Part shown: positions 9,848 to 19,077 of the stretch, one piece after another
Position numbering within the stretch: position 1 is the stretch's first letter
How the letters are laid out: each line of letters begins with the position of its first letter
DNA from: a virus
Strand: one strand, 5' to 3'
Virus record (IMG/VR): IMGVR_UViG_3300001868_000005
Length of the DNA: 64,000 bases
Program-made: the position numbers and the translations under genes
The notes under the pieces: generated by a model
Database searches by the model: none
Told to the model about the DNA's origin: nothing
Seen by the model: only the letters and a program-made list of their open reading frames with translations

Positions 9848-10354
9848 ATGTCGATAATCAGTATTGGAGTTTTGATCACGCCACAGTTACAAGGGATTGT
9901 TAGTGGCGCAGGCATCAAGTCAACAGGGGACAGCGTAACCCTTACCGGAGTCCCTAATAACAGGCGTTATTTTGTCAATTGGAAGCTACCTGACGGCACT
10001 TTCTCCACGAATAACCCTCTTACCTTCACGGCTTCTGTAAACGCTACATATGAAGCCAATTTCCAAAACTACGTATCCGTAAAAGTCAATACGGTAGGTA
10101 ACGGTTCAGTCACAGGTGAAAACCTACAAGCCAAACCCACCGACACCATTACTTTAGCGGCTACACCCAAAACGGGACAAAGTTTTGTTGGGTTCTACGA
10201 GCGAGGAAACTTACTTTCAGCTTCCACTCCTTATGTGTTCAAAACCTCTGGCGACAGAGTGATTGATCCTGTTTTTCAGAACACGGAAGCACCTACACAT
10301 TTAACTTCTGGCACGTTTGTTTATCCACCGATCAACGTAAAAATTATAACCTAA
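9848..10354 (+). CDS. Virion protein with two InlB B-repeat-like (Ig-like) domains
   Basis: Repeated G-G-V-G...T(L/V)TA.P..G..F..W/F...S..NP..F......YxAxF pattern; own promoter at 9817. Confidence 0.6.
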   Translation: MSIISIGVLITPQLQGIVSGAGIKSTGDSVTLTGVPNNRRYFVNWKLPDGTFSTNNPLTFTASVNATYEANFQNYVSVKVNTVGNGSVTGENLQAKPTDTITLAATPKTGQSFVGFYERGNLLSASTPYVFKTSGDRVIDPVFQNTEAPTHLTSGTFVYPPINVKIIT

Positions 10355-10608
10355 TGGAAATTACATTAGTAGGCAGAACAATTAAAATCGTAGATACAAA
10401 AACTTTCATTCTACGAGAGGGTAATTTGGTCGATGTAAAAAATCGCAACGATTATGTCTTAATTGAGACAGATCAAGGAAACGTACCACAGCATATTCGG
10501 ATTTACCGTAAAGATGTGATTATTCCTTCGTCAACTTCTTTGGATGATCTTTATTCTCAGGTAAGAGGGTATTTCGATGCTATTAAAAACGAACCACTAA
10601 ATACCTAA
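10354..10608 (+). CDS. Hypothetical structural-module protein; paralogous to N-terminus of 10611-11276
   Basis: Coupled TAATG start; MEI.LV...I.I.D and IRIY..DV.IP...SLD.L motifs are shared with the next gene. Confidence 0.6.
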   Translation: MEITLVGRTIKIVDTKTFILREGNLVDVKNRNDYVLIETDQGNVPQHIRIYRKDVIIPSSTSLDDLYSQVRGYFDAIKNEPLNT

Positions 10609-10610
10609 AC

Positions 10611-11276
10611 GTGGAAATTGCTATAGTCGAAAAATCATTATTGATAACCGATGGGAATAATGTGTGGAATTTGGATCAATTCGATCTTTTAATCCCACCC
10701 TATAAAAGTCCTCAGGGGTATATATTGTTCAATTTTCGCTCTACTAAGTCAAATAAAGGCACTTTCGAGATAAGGATTTATCCCAACGAAGTTTCTCTGC
10801 CTGTTCACTCTGGATTGGATTCCTTGTTTATTACGTTTAACAGCTGGTGGAACCTTGCACAGCGCAGACGTGCATTTGACGACGTTACAGAGCAGTTTAA
10901 CAACATCGCATCTATTCTATCTATTTATCCTATCGGAGTGCCTAGTCTCATGGTTGGCAATATAGAAACCGCTACTCTTTGGCTGTGGACTATTGACCAC
11001 TGGATTGACACCCATATTCCCAATAAACTAGGTGGGATAAGAGACAGGACACCATTTCCATTCGTAAACACTAATTTACCAACTATAACCGACTATCAGG
11101 CTATCTACTCAGCTATCTATACTCAAACCCCTACTGTTTCTATCTGGGCTTACGATCAGGATGGTAAATACACTCAAAGAAGTGAGACAGCACAAACAAC
11201 CATGGTTGACGGTAAGATCGACACCATTTATTTTGAACTACCGCAGGAAATGAGCGGAAATATAATTCTATCATGA
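10611..11276 (+). CDS. Hypothetical structural-module protein
   Basis: 221 aa ORF in tail operon; stop overlaps next start. Confidence 0.6.
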   Translation: MEIAIVEKSLLITDGNNVWNLDQFDLLIPPYKSPQGYILFNFRSTKSNKGTFEIRIYPNEVSLPVHSGLDSLFITFNSWWNLAQRRRAFDDVTEQFNNIASILSIYPIGVPSLMVGNIETATLWLWTIDHWIDTHIPNKLGGIRDRTPFPFVNTNLPTITDYQAIYSAIYTQTPTVSIWAYDQDGKYTQRSETAQTTMVDGKIDTIYFELPQEMSGNIILS

Positions 11277-14200
11277 GAAAGCTACTTTTACCAATATTTA
11301 TCTTTTGTTCGTTCTTTGCTCATGCACAGAACAATCAGGACACCCCACCAACTGGAAGTAATTTCAAGTCCATTTCCACGCACTCTATTTCGTATTACGT
11401 CACCGATTCTTCCGTGTGGCTATTCAAGGGAGCGACCTATGGATGGAATGAATTAACTACCCATAAGCAGTTAAAGCACGTAGCAGATTCGCTGGGTAGA
11501 CTGGGATACACAAAAGTAGAGGTGAATAATCTTTTGGCATTAAAGCTGAATTGCGCAGATTCGCTGAACAAATACATAACTCCCTATTATTTAAGTCAAA
11601 ACTATCTTAAAAAGACTGACACAACTTTCCTGAATAAGCGAGATATTGCTATTAACAATAGACCTAAATGGTCAGACACCACTTATTTGAACAAGAGGGA
11701 TGCGGCTATTAATTTACGCTTAACTTCGGCTGATATAGCAGGTAAAAAGGATAAAACAGACAGCACATTAGGAACAGGCTACACTTCAAGGGATAGACTT
11801 GCTACTCAATTAGCATTAAAACAAAACACTCTTACAAATCCATTAACCCAAAATGACACTATTTCGAGGGTTGGAACTAAATATAATTTAACTGGAAAGG
11901 TAGATAAAATCACTGGCAAAAAGTTAAGTACTAAGGACTATACATTAAGTGACAGTACAAAACTGGCAGGTCTGGCAGCACAACAAAGTTCCGACTGGAA
12001 TAGTGTAACAAGTCCGACGAATATTCTAAACAAACCCTCAATTCCCGCAGCTCAAATACAATCAGATTGGACACAGGCCAGTTCAGGAAGTTTGGATTAT
12101 ATTAAAAATAAACCTACCATTCCTGTAATCACAGGTAAAAGAGATATATCTGACACTATTGCAAATTCAGGGACGGCAACTAACTATAATTTAACCCAAC
12201 AATTAACCTTTTCAAATAAAAATAGAGGCACTGCACCTGTTATTATATGGGCTGGTAATTCATTAACAGTTGGATACAGTAGTCCAGGATATTCCTATCC
12301 GCCTTCGAGCTATGTAGTGGCTCCTGAATATAACGGAATTACATACGAAAAAATAAACTTAGGGGTAGGAGGTTTAAGGGCTTCGGAAATTGACAGTGCT
12401 ATTGGTGCTAGACTTGTTTCTGAATACAGAAATAGGGCAGGAAAGAATATAATGATAGTTCAAATTGGAGTTAATGATCTAGGGAATTCTGTAACACCGG
12501 GTAGAACTTATTCTTACTTATCGGCATTTTGTTTAAAGTATAGGGCGATGGGATATAAAATACTTGTATCAACGCTACCTTCTTCAGCTCTTTGGTATGG
12601 TAACCCAAGCCGGGAACCGTATAACGAAATGATAAGAAACGGGTACGCTAATTTTGCTGATGGTTTAATTGATTTAGGAGGTGATTTTTTAATTGGTAAA
12701 CCGACTTCTTATTCAGATACAACATACTTTACTGATGGGGTACACATGACAGAGGCAGGGTATCAGGAAATTGCCTCACAACAAACAATTGCATTAAACT
12801 ATTTGGTAACACAAGAAAACTTCAAAAATTTAAACTCTTTATCTATTGGTGATCCTGGGTTAACTTCACACTACGACATGACCAAATTACAGGTATTTGG
12901 AACGAGTAAGGCAAATCAAACAGTGGGAACAGAAAGAATTGCATTATTTTCAAGACAATACAATGAAGGTGCTTCATTCCCTCAGTCTGTATCCTTTAAC
13001 TTAGGTAGATATAGTGTTGAATCTTTTACCTATAGGCCCCGTACAAGGTTTGATATATCATTTGATAATGATGATTATGTTAATAGTTTTACTACCCCCA
13101 ATAAGGTTTTAACTTTACTTAGTAATGGACATGTAGGGATTAATGATACACTGCCATCGGAATACTTATCATTACCTCAAAATATGTCGTTAAAGGGAGC
13201 CACATCAGGGAGGGCAATTATTCAAGTTTCGGCAATAGCAGGAACACCAACACTAACATTGCCAACTACAACAGGCACTTTGTCACTAAGAGGTGACAGC
13301 ACAGTATTTTCAAGCGTTTATCAGAATGGATTAAAAGCAAATAAATCCACTACAGTTTCAGGTTATGGAATAACAGATATTGCAACTTCAATAGGACTTA
13401 GTGGTTATCTCCCCCTATCAGCAGGTAGTGGTCAGGCTTTGACTGGTACACTTTATGGTACCACAGCCATCTTCTCTAATCTTACAGCTAACTACCTACC
13501 TATGCATACAGCAGGGGGATTAGTTAATAGTCAAATATATGATAATGGAACAAATGTTAGTATTGGCACTACAGCTTCCGTTGCAACTTTAACCCTGAAA
13601 AGCCAGGGGAGGATTCAATGGATAACTGGGAATATAAATACAGATAGTCGTTCTTGGGCTTTTGATAATGATGTTTTAGTTAATGGAGATTTTCATTTAT
13701 TAAGTTCTGTAAATAATAGCAATACTGTTAGTAGAAAAGTGTTGTCTTTTAGTAATGATGGTAATGTTTCAATCCCTTCAGCCACCGCCTCAACCTCTAG
13801 TACAACAGGTGCATTAGTTGTGGCAGGCGGAGTTGCTGGTAATTCGGCCGCATTTGGTTCGTTAGTAGGCACAGGCACAAGAATGGTAGTTGCTGACAAT
13901 GCTGGAGTAATAAGTACACAGGCAATACCCTCAGGTGTTGGTGGGGGTACAGTGGTATCGGTATCAGTAAATTCATCTAACGGCTTTGCAGGAACTTCGT
14001 CAGGGGGCGTAAATCCTGCTTTAACCTTATCAACTACCATAACGGGTTTATTATTAGGTAATGGCACAAGCGTTTCAGCCGTAACTAACAATTCAGCTAA
14101 TTGGAATACTGCCTATGGATGGGGCAATCACGCCAGCGCAGGTTATTTAACTTCAGAGACTGACCCTAACTCTATTCACAATCAAACAGGAACTCAAAGT

Positions 14201-14572
14201 AGTGCCAACTTTAATATCGATGGTAATGGTTATTTAGGTGGTTCAATAACAGCTTCGGGTGGCGGATTTAACTCACTTCGTAGTCTTAAAAACATTCACC
14301 CTGATTGGGTAGGTACTGCCACTGGTGAATTAAGCAAGTTCAAGTTAAGAGACTTTAACTACAAGACAAGACCCGAAGTTGATTCGACTTTAGGATTTAT
14401 TATTGACGAAATTCCGAAATCAATTGCCAAGTATGTACTAATGAATAATGGAACTGCAATTAACACCTACACCTTGCATGGGTTAGAGGTTAAGGCTATT
14501 CAGGAATTGACAGAAAAGAATAAGGAATTGGAAGCAAGAATTGAGAAACTTGAAAAACTACTTATAAAATGA
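11273..14572 (+). CDS. Tail fibre/spike-like protein with SGNH esterase domain and C-terminal peptidase S74-like chaperone; N-terminal signal peptide
   Basis: SGNH blocks AGNSLT, GVGG, GVND, DGVH. C-terminus SLRSLKNI...FNYK...GFIIDEIP...KAIQEL..KNKELEARIEKLE is S74-like. Fibre-type repeats SDW...I(L/K)NKP.IP. Confidence 0.75.
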   Translation: MRKLLLPIFIFCSFFAHAQNNQDTPPTGSNFKSISTHSISYYVTDSSVWLFKGATYGWNELTTHKQLKHVADSLGRLGYTKVEVNNLLALKLNCADSLNKYITPYYLSQNYLKKTDTTFLNKRDIAINNRPKWSDTTYLNKRDAAINLRLTSADIAGKKDKTDSTLGTGYTSRDRLATQLALKQNTLTNPLTQNDTISRVGTKYNLTGKVDKITGKKLSTKDYTLSDSTKLAGLAAQQSSDWNSVTSPTNILNKPSIPAAQIQSDWTQASSGSLDYIKNKPTIPVITGKRDISDTIANSGTATNYNLTQQLTFSNKNRGTAPVIIWAGNSLTVGYSSPGYSYPPSSYVVAPEYNGITYEKINLGVGGLRASEIDSAIGARLVSEYRNRAGKNIMIVQIGVNDLGNSVTPGRTYSYLSAFCLKYRAMGYKILVSTLPSSALWYGNPSREPYNEMIRNGYANFADGLIDLGGDFLIGKPTSYSDTTYFTDGVHMTEAGYQEIASQQTIALNYLVTQENFKNLNSLSIGDPGLTSHYDMTKLQVFGTSKANQTVGTERIALFSRQYNEGASFPQSVSFNLGRYSVESFTYRPRTRFDISFDNDDYVNSFTTPNKVLTLLSNGHVGINDTLPSEYLSLPQNMSLKGATSGRAIIQVSAIAGTPTLTLPTTTGTLSLRGDSTVFSSVYQNGLKANKSTTVSGYGITDIATSIGLSGYLPLSAGSGQALTGTLYGTTAIFSNLTANYLPMHTAGGLVNSQIYDNGTNVSIGTTASVATLTLKSQGRIQWITGNINTDSRSWAFDNDVLVNGDFHLLSSVNNSNTVSRKVLSFSNDGNVSIPSATASTSSTTGALVVAGGVAGNSAAFGSLVGTGTRMVVADNAGVISTQAIPSGVGGGTVVSVSVNSSNGFAGTSSGGVNPALTLSTTITGLLLGNGTSVSAVTNNSANWNTAYGWGNHASAGYLTSETDPNSIHNQTGTQSSANFNIDGNGYLGGSITASGGGFNSLRSLKNIHPDWVGTATGELSKFKLRDFNYKTRPEVDSTLGFIIDEIPKSIAKYVLMNNGTAINTYTLHGLEVKAIQELTEKNKELEARIEKLEKLLIK

Positions 14573-15885
14573 GAAAGTTACTATTAATATCCCTACTGTT
14601 TTTATGCTCGTTTGGTCAGGCTCAGATTGGATGGAGTAGTTTAGGTTCAAACCAGTGGGTATCTTTTCAGGATGCACAGGGTTCAGGCATAAGTCAAAAG
14701 ATTCCTCTTCCTGATGGGATTAACTGGATGACAAAACAGGCTGCTATGTATTATTTAGACATAGACACTTCTTATTTGGTTGGAATGCCGATGAATCAGT
14801 GGATAAGCAAAACCCAAACCATAGCATATCCTGCAAGCAATTCAATTGACTGGACTTATACTGTTTCTGCTGGGATATATGGAGACTATATGACCATAAC
14901 AAAGAACGGTACTTCAATGGTCAATGTCACAGATTCAGATTATGGCTGGTTTTCTGTTGCCGAAGGTGACGTGGTAGTTATTACAGTACACTCCTCATCA
15001 GGTCAGTCCGATGGAGAAAATGCTACACTTGGAGTTTACGGAAATAATCTAAATTATTTCAACTCTGTTAATGGGTATAATCAATCAGTAGCTAAGACAA
15101 TTACATGGTCACCTAAAATGCACGAACTATCTGTATATGGGTATGTCCAAACTTCTAGCTATACGGCTGTATATCAAAACGTAGCTATCTCAATGGATAA
15201 GATAAAAAACAATTGTTCCTCTGGATATAGCGGATCTATTATTACTTATACTGTGCCGGCCAATACCTACACTGCTTCAAGTCAAAGTGATGCTGATAAC
15301 ATGGCTATTGATGACGCAAATATGAATTCACAAGCTTATGCGAACGCTAACGGTAGTTGTACATTAAATGACGTGAGTACTGGTTGCTATAACTCTTTTA
15401 TAGTGACCTATAACCCTGACCTAGCTTTAGGTTCTGGAGTTTATGTAATGATGGGCATACACGATACAGTAGGCATGTATAGGATGGATATAGTTGGCAG
15501 TCATTCAATAGGTGTACATGATGGGGATTCAATCTTCATAAAAATACATTTTCCTGCATACACCCCAAAATTATTGGGAGTTAATATATTAGGGCAGGCG
15601 GTTTGGAAGCACCCCCCTGTACTATCATTAACAGGAGGCGCAGTAGCCGGTGCTGCGGGAACGGGAACGCTATTTATTGCGGCTTCTACCCTTACAGGCG
15701 GTGTTGTATTGGCGGCGACAGTTTTAGTGCAAGGTCTTATGAATTTACTTACCTATACACCTAACTACGATCTAAATACAACCTCCTATGCACCTAATCA
15801 TGATCCTTATGATATATGGATGAAAGAGAAATATGCGTGTGATCAGGGGAACATACGCTTTATAATTACTAATCTAATGAAATAA
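14569..15885 (+). CDS. Tail-associated protein with DUF5977-like domain; N-terminal signal peptide
   Basis: KNNCSSGYSGSIITYTVPANTY..SQSDAD..A.......QAYANANGSC matches the DUF5977 repeat pattern. Confidence 0.65.
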   Translation: MRKLLLISLLFLCSFGQAQIGWSSLGSNQWVSFQDAQGSGISQKIPLPDGINWMTKQAAMYYLDIDTSYLVGMPMNQWISKTQTIAYPASNSIDWTYTVSAGIYGDYMTITKNGTSMVNVTDSDYGWFSVAEGDVVVITVHSSSGQSDGENATLGVYGNNLNYFNSVNGYNQSVAKTITWSPKMHELSVYGYVQTSSYTAVYQNVAISMDKIKNNCSSGYSGSIITYTVPANTYTASSQSDADNMAIDDANMNSQAYANANGSCTLNDVSTGCYNSFIVTYNPDLALGSGVYVMMGIHDTVGMYRMDIVGSHSIGVHDGDSIFIKIHFPAYTPKLLGVNILGQAVWKHPPVLSLTGGAVAGAAGTGTLFIAASTLTGGVVLAATVLVQGLMNLLTYTPNYDLNTTSYAPNHDPYDIWMKEKYACDQGNIRFIITNLMK

Positions 15886-15895
15886 ATTAACCAAT

Positions 15896-16228
15896 ATGAA
15901 AAAACTATCTAAAAATCCAATTGTAATCATCGGAGGTACACTTCTAATCTTACTACTATTGTTCTTTTGGTTCGTACCAAACGCTTCAGCACAGGAAAAA
16001 CCAAAGCCCGACAGCACCCAGGTTTATCAATTTACTATTTTGCCTGCTAATTTCAACACGGCAAATAAAATCTTAAATGATAAATTTTGCCCTAAAGATA
16101 AGTCAGGAACCGTAAGTGACACCGTACTTTTACAAAGTGCAATGAACATGCTTTTCTCAAACGGGAAAGCAGTAAAGATTTTAAATCCTGAAAAGGAAGT
16201 AAAGAAAATTTCACCAATTAAAAAGTAA
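15896..16228 (+). CDS. Exported/membrane-anchored hypothetical protein
   Basis: Hydrophobic N-terminus ending NASA-Q. Confidence 0.6.
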   Translation: MKKLSKNPIVIIGGTLLILLLLFFWFVPNASAQEKPKPDSTQVYQFTILPANFNTANKILNDKFCPKDKSGTVSDTVLLQSAMNMLFSNGKAVKILNPEKEVKKISPIKK

Positions 16229-16232
16229 AATT

Positions 16233-16640
16233 ATGAACGCAAATCAAAACATGATTGTCAAATGGCTGGGAGAAAACATCCAAAGGCTATTCGCTAAAAG
16301 TCCATTGTTTTTTCAAATATGGCAAATCATTTCATTTATTTTAATAGCCATTACATGGATACCGGATTTATTAAATCTAATTCCGGGAATCTCTATCCCT
16401 GACCTATGGAATACTCAAATTACGCTAATCGTAAAATATGCTTCGCTTGCGACTTTGTTTATGTCCTCACTTTCTACTCAAAGCAAAGCTGTGGGAGTTA
16501 CGACTAAAACGGCTGCGGGTATTCCTTCAGGAACTGTAATTAAGGCTACTGATACCAAATTACCTTTTACGGTTCAGGCAGAAAAAAATACCGCAAGTGT
16601 TGCAGAGGTAAAGACAGTAGAAGTTACGACGGTAAAATAA
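16233..16640 (+). CDS. Putative holin
   Basis: Two hydrophobic segments; RLFAKSPLFFQ N-terminal motif resembles Bacteroidota phage holins; lysis cassette context. Confidence 0.5.
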   Translation: MNANQNMIVKWLGENIQRLFAKSPLFFQIWQIISFILIAITWIPDLLNLIPGISIPDLWNTQITLIVKYASLATLFMSSLSTQSKAVGVTTKTAAGIPSGTVIKATDTKLPFTVQAEKNTASVAEVKTVEVTTVK

Positions 16641-16719
16641 ATTATTTTAACCCAACTTGTAAATAATCCTTACGAGTTGGGTTACCTTTCGGAAAAACAC
16701 GGATTAATAAACAAGTGAA

Positions 16720-17154
16720 ATGATGACGCAACAGGAAAGCATCAGCCTCAAAGAACACTTTACGGCTATAATGAAAGAAAGAGATAACTCTTTTAACGAG
16801 CGTTTTGACGCTCTTGAAAAACTAATTAACAGCAACTCAAAAGAAGCTAAGGAGGCAGTTAAGTCGGCACTTGATGCACAGGAAAAAGGGACAGGTGCTG
16901 CTTTTGCCGCAGCGAATGCCGCAGTCCAAAAAGCTGAAATAGCCGCAGAAAAAAGGTTCGATAATTTTGTAGAGAATTATACAAAGGCTCTTGACGCAGT
17001 AGCAAAACAGGTTACGGAACTACGGGAGTCCCGAAGTGGCGACACCGGAAAAGATACGGGTCGAAAAGAGATTGGAATTACATTAAGCAATGTTATTTTA
17101 GTGGTGATAGCACTTGGAGCGTTACTGATTAATTTCTTAAAAGTTAAGTTATGA
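16720..17154 (+). CDS. Putative holin/lysis membrane protein (coiled coil plus C-terminal TM), Met-Met dual start
   Basis: Coiled-coil body, C-terminal hydrophobic helix, upstream of endolysin. Confidence 0.5.
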   Translation: MMTQQESISLKEHFTAIMKERDNSFNERFDALEKLINSNSKEAKEAVKSALDAQEKGTGAAFAAANAAVQKAEIAAEKRFDNFVENYTKALDAVAKQVTELRESRSGDTGKDTGRKEIGITLSNVILVVIALGALLINFLKVKL

Positions 17155-17756
17155 AAACAAATACATGGACTTGGATTGCAGTAGTTGGACTTTTATTGGT
17201 CGGTGCATTAATCGGTTGGCAGTTGACAAAGGCATTTACGCCTAAACAGCAAATTAAGAGCGATACGGTTGTAATTAAGCACCTTGATACCATAAAATTC
17301 AAGGTAAAAGATACTATTTACAAAAAAATAAATCATACCGACACTATAAAAAAGAACATATCAATACACGATACCGTAATGTCACATACGGATTCTATAA
17401 AAATAATCAAGGCATTTTTTAAACGTACAGGAATAACTAGGATAATACTCGACAACGACACTATTTACTTAGAGTTAAGAGATTCTATTACTCAGAATCA
17501 AATTATTTCAAGCGTAGGAAAATATGTATGGAAACTCGCAACACAAACCATAAACAATAATCCAGTCGCCAGTCCGTCTAATCAACTCTATTTAGGCGTG
17601 AAATTAGACGGTTTAAGCACGGGTTTCGGTATAGGTGGCACAATTCTATTAAAGACACGTAAAGAAGCTATTTGGAGCGTAGGGATTGATTATATACCTA
17701 TACTATCAAAGCAGCTTATATATTCAATTGGTAGGAACTTCAAAATAAAATTATAA
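17151..17756 (+). CDS. Putative spanin-like membrane protein
   Basis: N-terminal TM, repeated DT(V/I) motifs, beta-rich C-terminus; immediately upstream of endolysin. Confidence 0.45.
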   Translation: MKTNTWTWIAVVGLLLVGALIGWQLTKAFTPKQQIKSDTVVIKHLDTIKFKVKDTIYKKINHTDTIKKNISIHDTVMSHTDSIKIIKAFFKRTGITRIILDNDTIYLELRDSITQNQIISSVGKYVWKLATQTINNNPVASPSNQLYLGVKLDGLSTGFGIGGTILLKTRKEAIWSVGIDYIPILSKQLIYSIGRNFKIKL

Positions 17757-18274
17757 TGGCTGATGTTTTAAAATTGAAACCACATATCTTGCAGTGGGAA
17801 GGTCTTTGGTCGTGTGATCCACTCGATCATGGTGGTGCGACAATGAAAGGTATAACATTTAGAACATATCAAGCATACTGCAAACTTAAAGGAAAACCAG
17901 AACCAACCCTCGATGACTTAAAAAACATTTCAGATACAGAGTGGACAGATGTATTAAAAGTTATGTTTTGGGATAAATGGAAAGCTGATGAAATCAAAAA
18001 TCAATCAGTTGCGAATACTTTAGTCGATTGGTATTGGGGATCTGGGAAATGGGGTATAGTTATTCCGCAAAGAATATTAGGTGTCCATGATGATGGTTTG
18101 GTCGGACAACATACTCTGTCTGCTTTGTCAGAAGTAAATCAAAGAGGTTTTTTTAATGCGATTTATTTTGAGAGGTCTAAGTTTTTACATAATATTGTAA
18201 AAAGAGATCCTTCTCAGGAAAGATTTATAAAAGGGTGGATAGGAAGATTAAATTCCTTTACTTATTCAGATTAA
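17756..18274 (+). CDS. Endolysin, glycoside hydrolase family 108 with peptidoglycan-binding C-terminus
   Basis: EG.WS.DP.DHGGATMKGIT motif; C-terminal Q.RFIKGW..R. Confidence 0.9.
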   Translation: MADVLKLKPHILQWEGLWSCDPLDHGGATMKGITFRTYQAYCKLKGKPEPTLDDLKNISDTEWTDVLKVMFWDKWKADEIKNQSVANTLVDWYWGSGKWGIVIPQRILGVHDDGLVGQHTLSALSEVNQRGFFNAIYFERSKFLHNIVKRDPSQERFIKGWIGRLNSFTYSD

Positions 18275-18279
18275 TATTG

Positions 18280-18370
18280 TATCTTTGCCTTATCGTGTCG
18301 CTGCGGTAGAAAATTTATTGTAAAAGCCTAACCCGGAGAGACAGCGACCTCGAAGGGATTAGGCTTTTTT
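18280..18370 (+). promoter_or_regulatory. Promoter plus pseudoknotted leader RNA of the HNH gene
   Basis: TATCTTTG 18280; GTCGCTG 18297-18303 complementary to hairpin loop CAGCGAC 18342-18348. Confidence 0.7.
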
Positions 18371-18387
18371 GTTTCAATTAAATAATT

Positions 18388-19065
18388 ATGACAGGAGTAT
18401 TTGAAGACTTAACAGGTAAAAGGTTTAACAGACTTACGGTTATCGGTAAGGTAAAAAACACAAAATGTGTGACATGGGAATGTAAGTGTGATTGTGGGAA
18501 AACAATTTATGTTACCACACAGCCACTAAATAGTGGGCACACTAAAAGTTGTGGGTGTTTCAAGGGGGATAAACTAGGAGAGTTTGCTACTACACATGGA
18601 AGGAGTGCAGAGAACAAAAGGCTGTATAATATGTGGAGGGCTATGATTGATAGGTGTTATAATAAATCTATTGCTAATTATAAAAATTACGGAGAAAGGG
18701 GTATCTCGGTATGTGAATCATGGCAGGATGTAAATGTGTTTTTTGAATGGGCATTAAAAAATGGGTATGAGAAAAACCTACAAATAGATAGAAGAAATAA
18801 TGATGGGAATTATTGCCCTGAAAATTGTCATTTTGTAACAGCGTCGTACAATAGCAGAAATCAAAGGGTAAAAAAGAGCAATACAACTGGATTTGTGGGT
18901 GTTAGTAAGGAAACAGGGAGAGAAACCTATGCTTATGCTATTAACTGTGGCAACAAAAGATATAGAAAGGCTGGATTTCCAACAGCAATGGAATGTGCAA
19001 AAGCAAGAGATAGGGTTATTGTTGACAATAAACTAGATGGATTCAATCTTAATAAATATGAATAA
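18388..19065 (+). CDS. Free-standing HNH-type endonuclease with AP2-like C-terminus
   Basis: DLTGKRFNRLTV, W.CKCDCG, SCGC, RLY..W..M..RC, QIDRRNNDGNYCPENC, then NTTGFVGVS. Confidence 0.85.
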   Translation: MTGVFEDLTGKRFNRLTVIGKVKNTKCVTWECKCDCGKTIYVTTQPLNSGHTKSCGCFKGDKLGEFATTHGRSAENKRLYNMWRAMIDRCYNKSIANYKNYGERGISVCESWQDVNVFFEWALKNGYEKNLQIDRRNNDGNYCPENCHFVTASYNSRNQRVKKSNTTGFVGVSKETGRETYAYAINCGNKRYRKAGFPTAMECAKARDRVIVDNKLDGFNLNKYE

Positions 19066-19077
19066 AAATATCATAAC

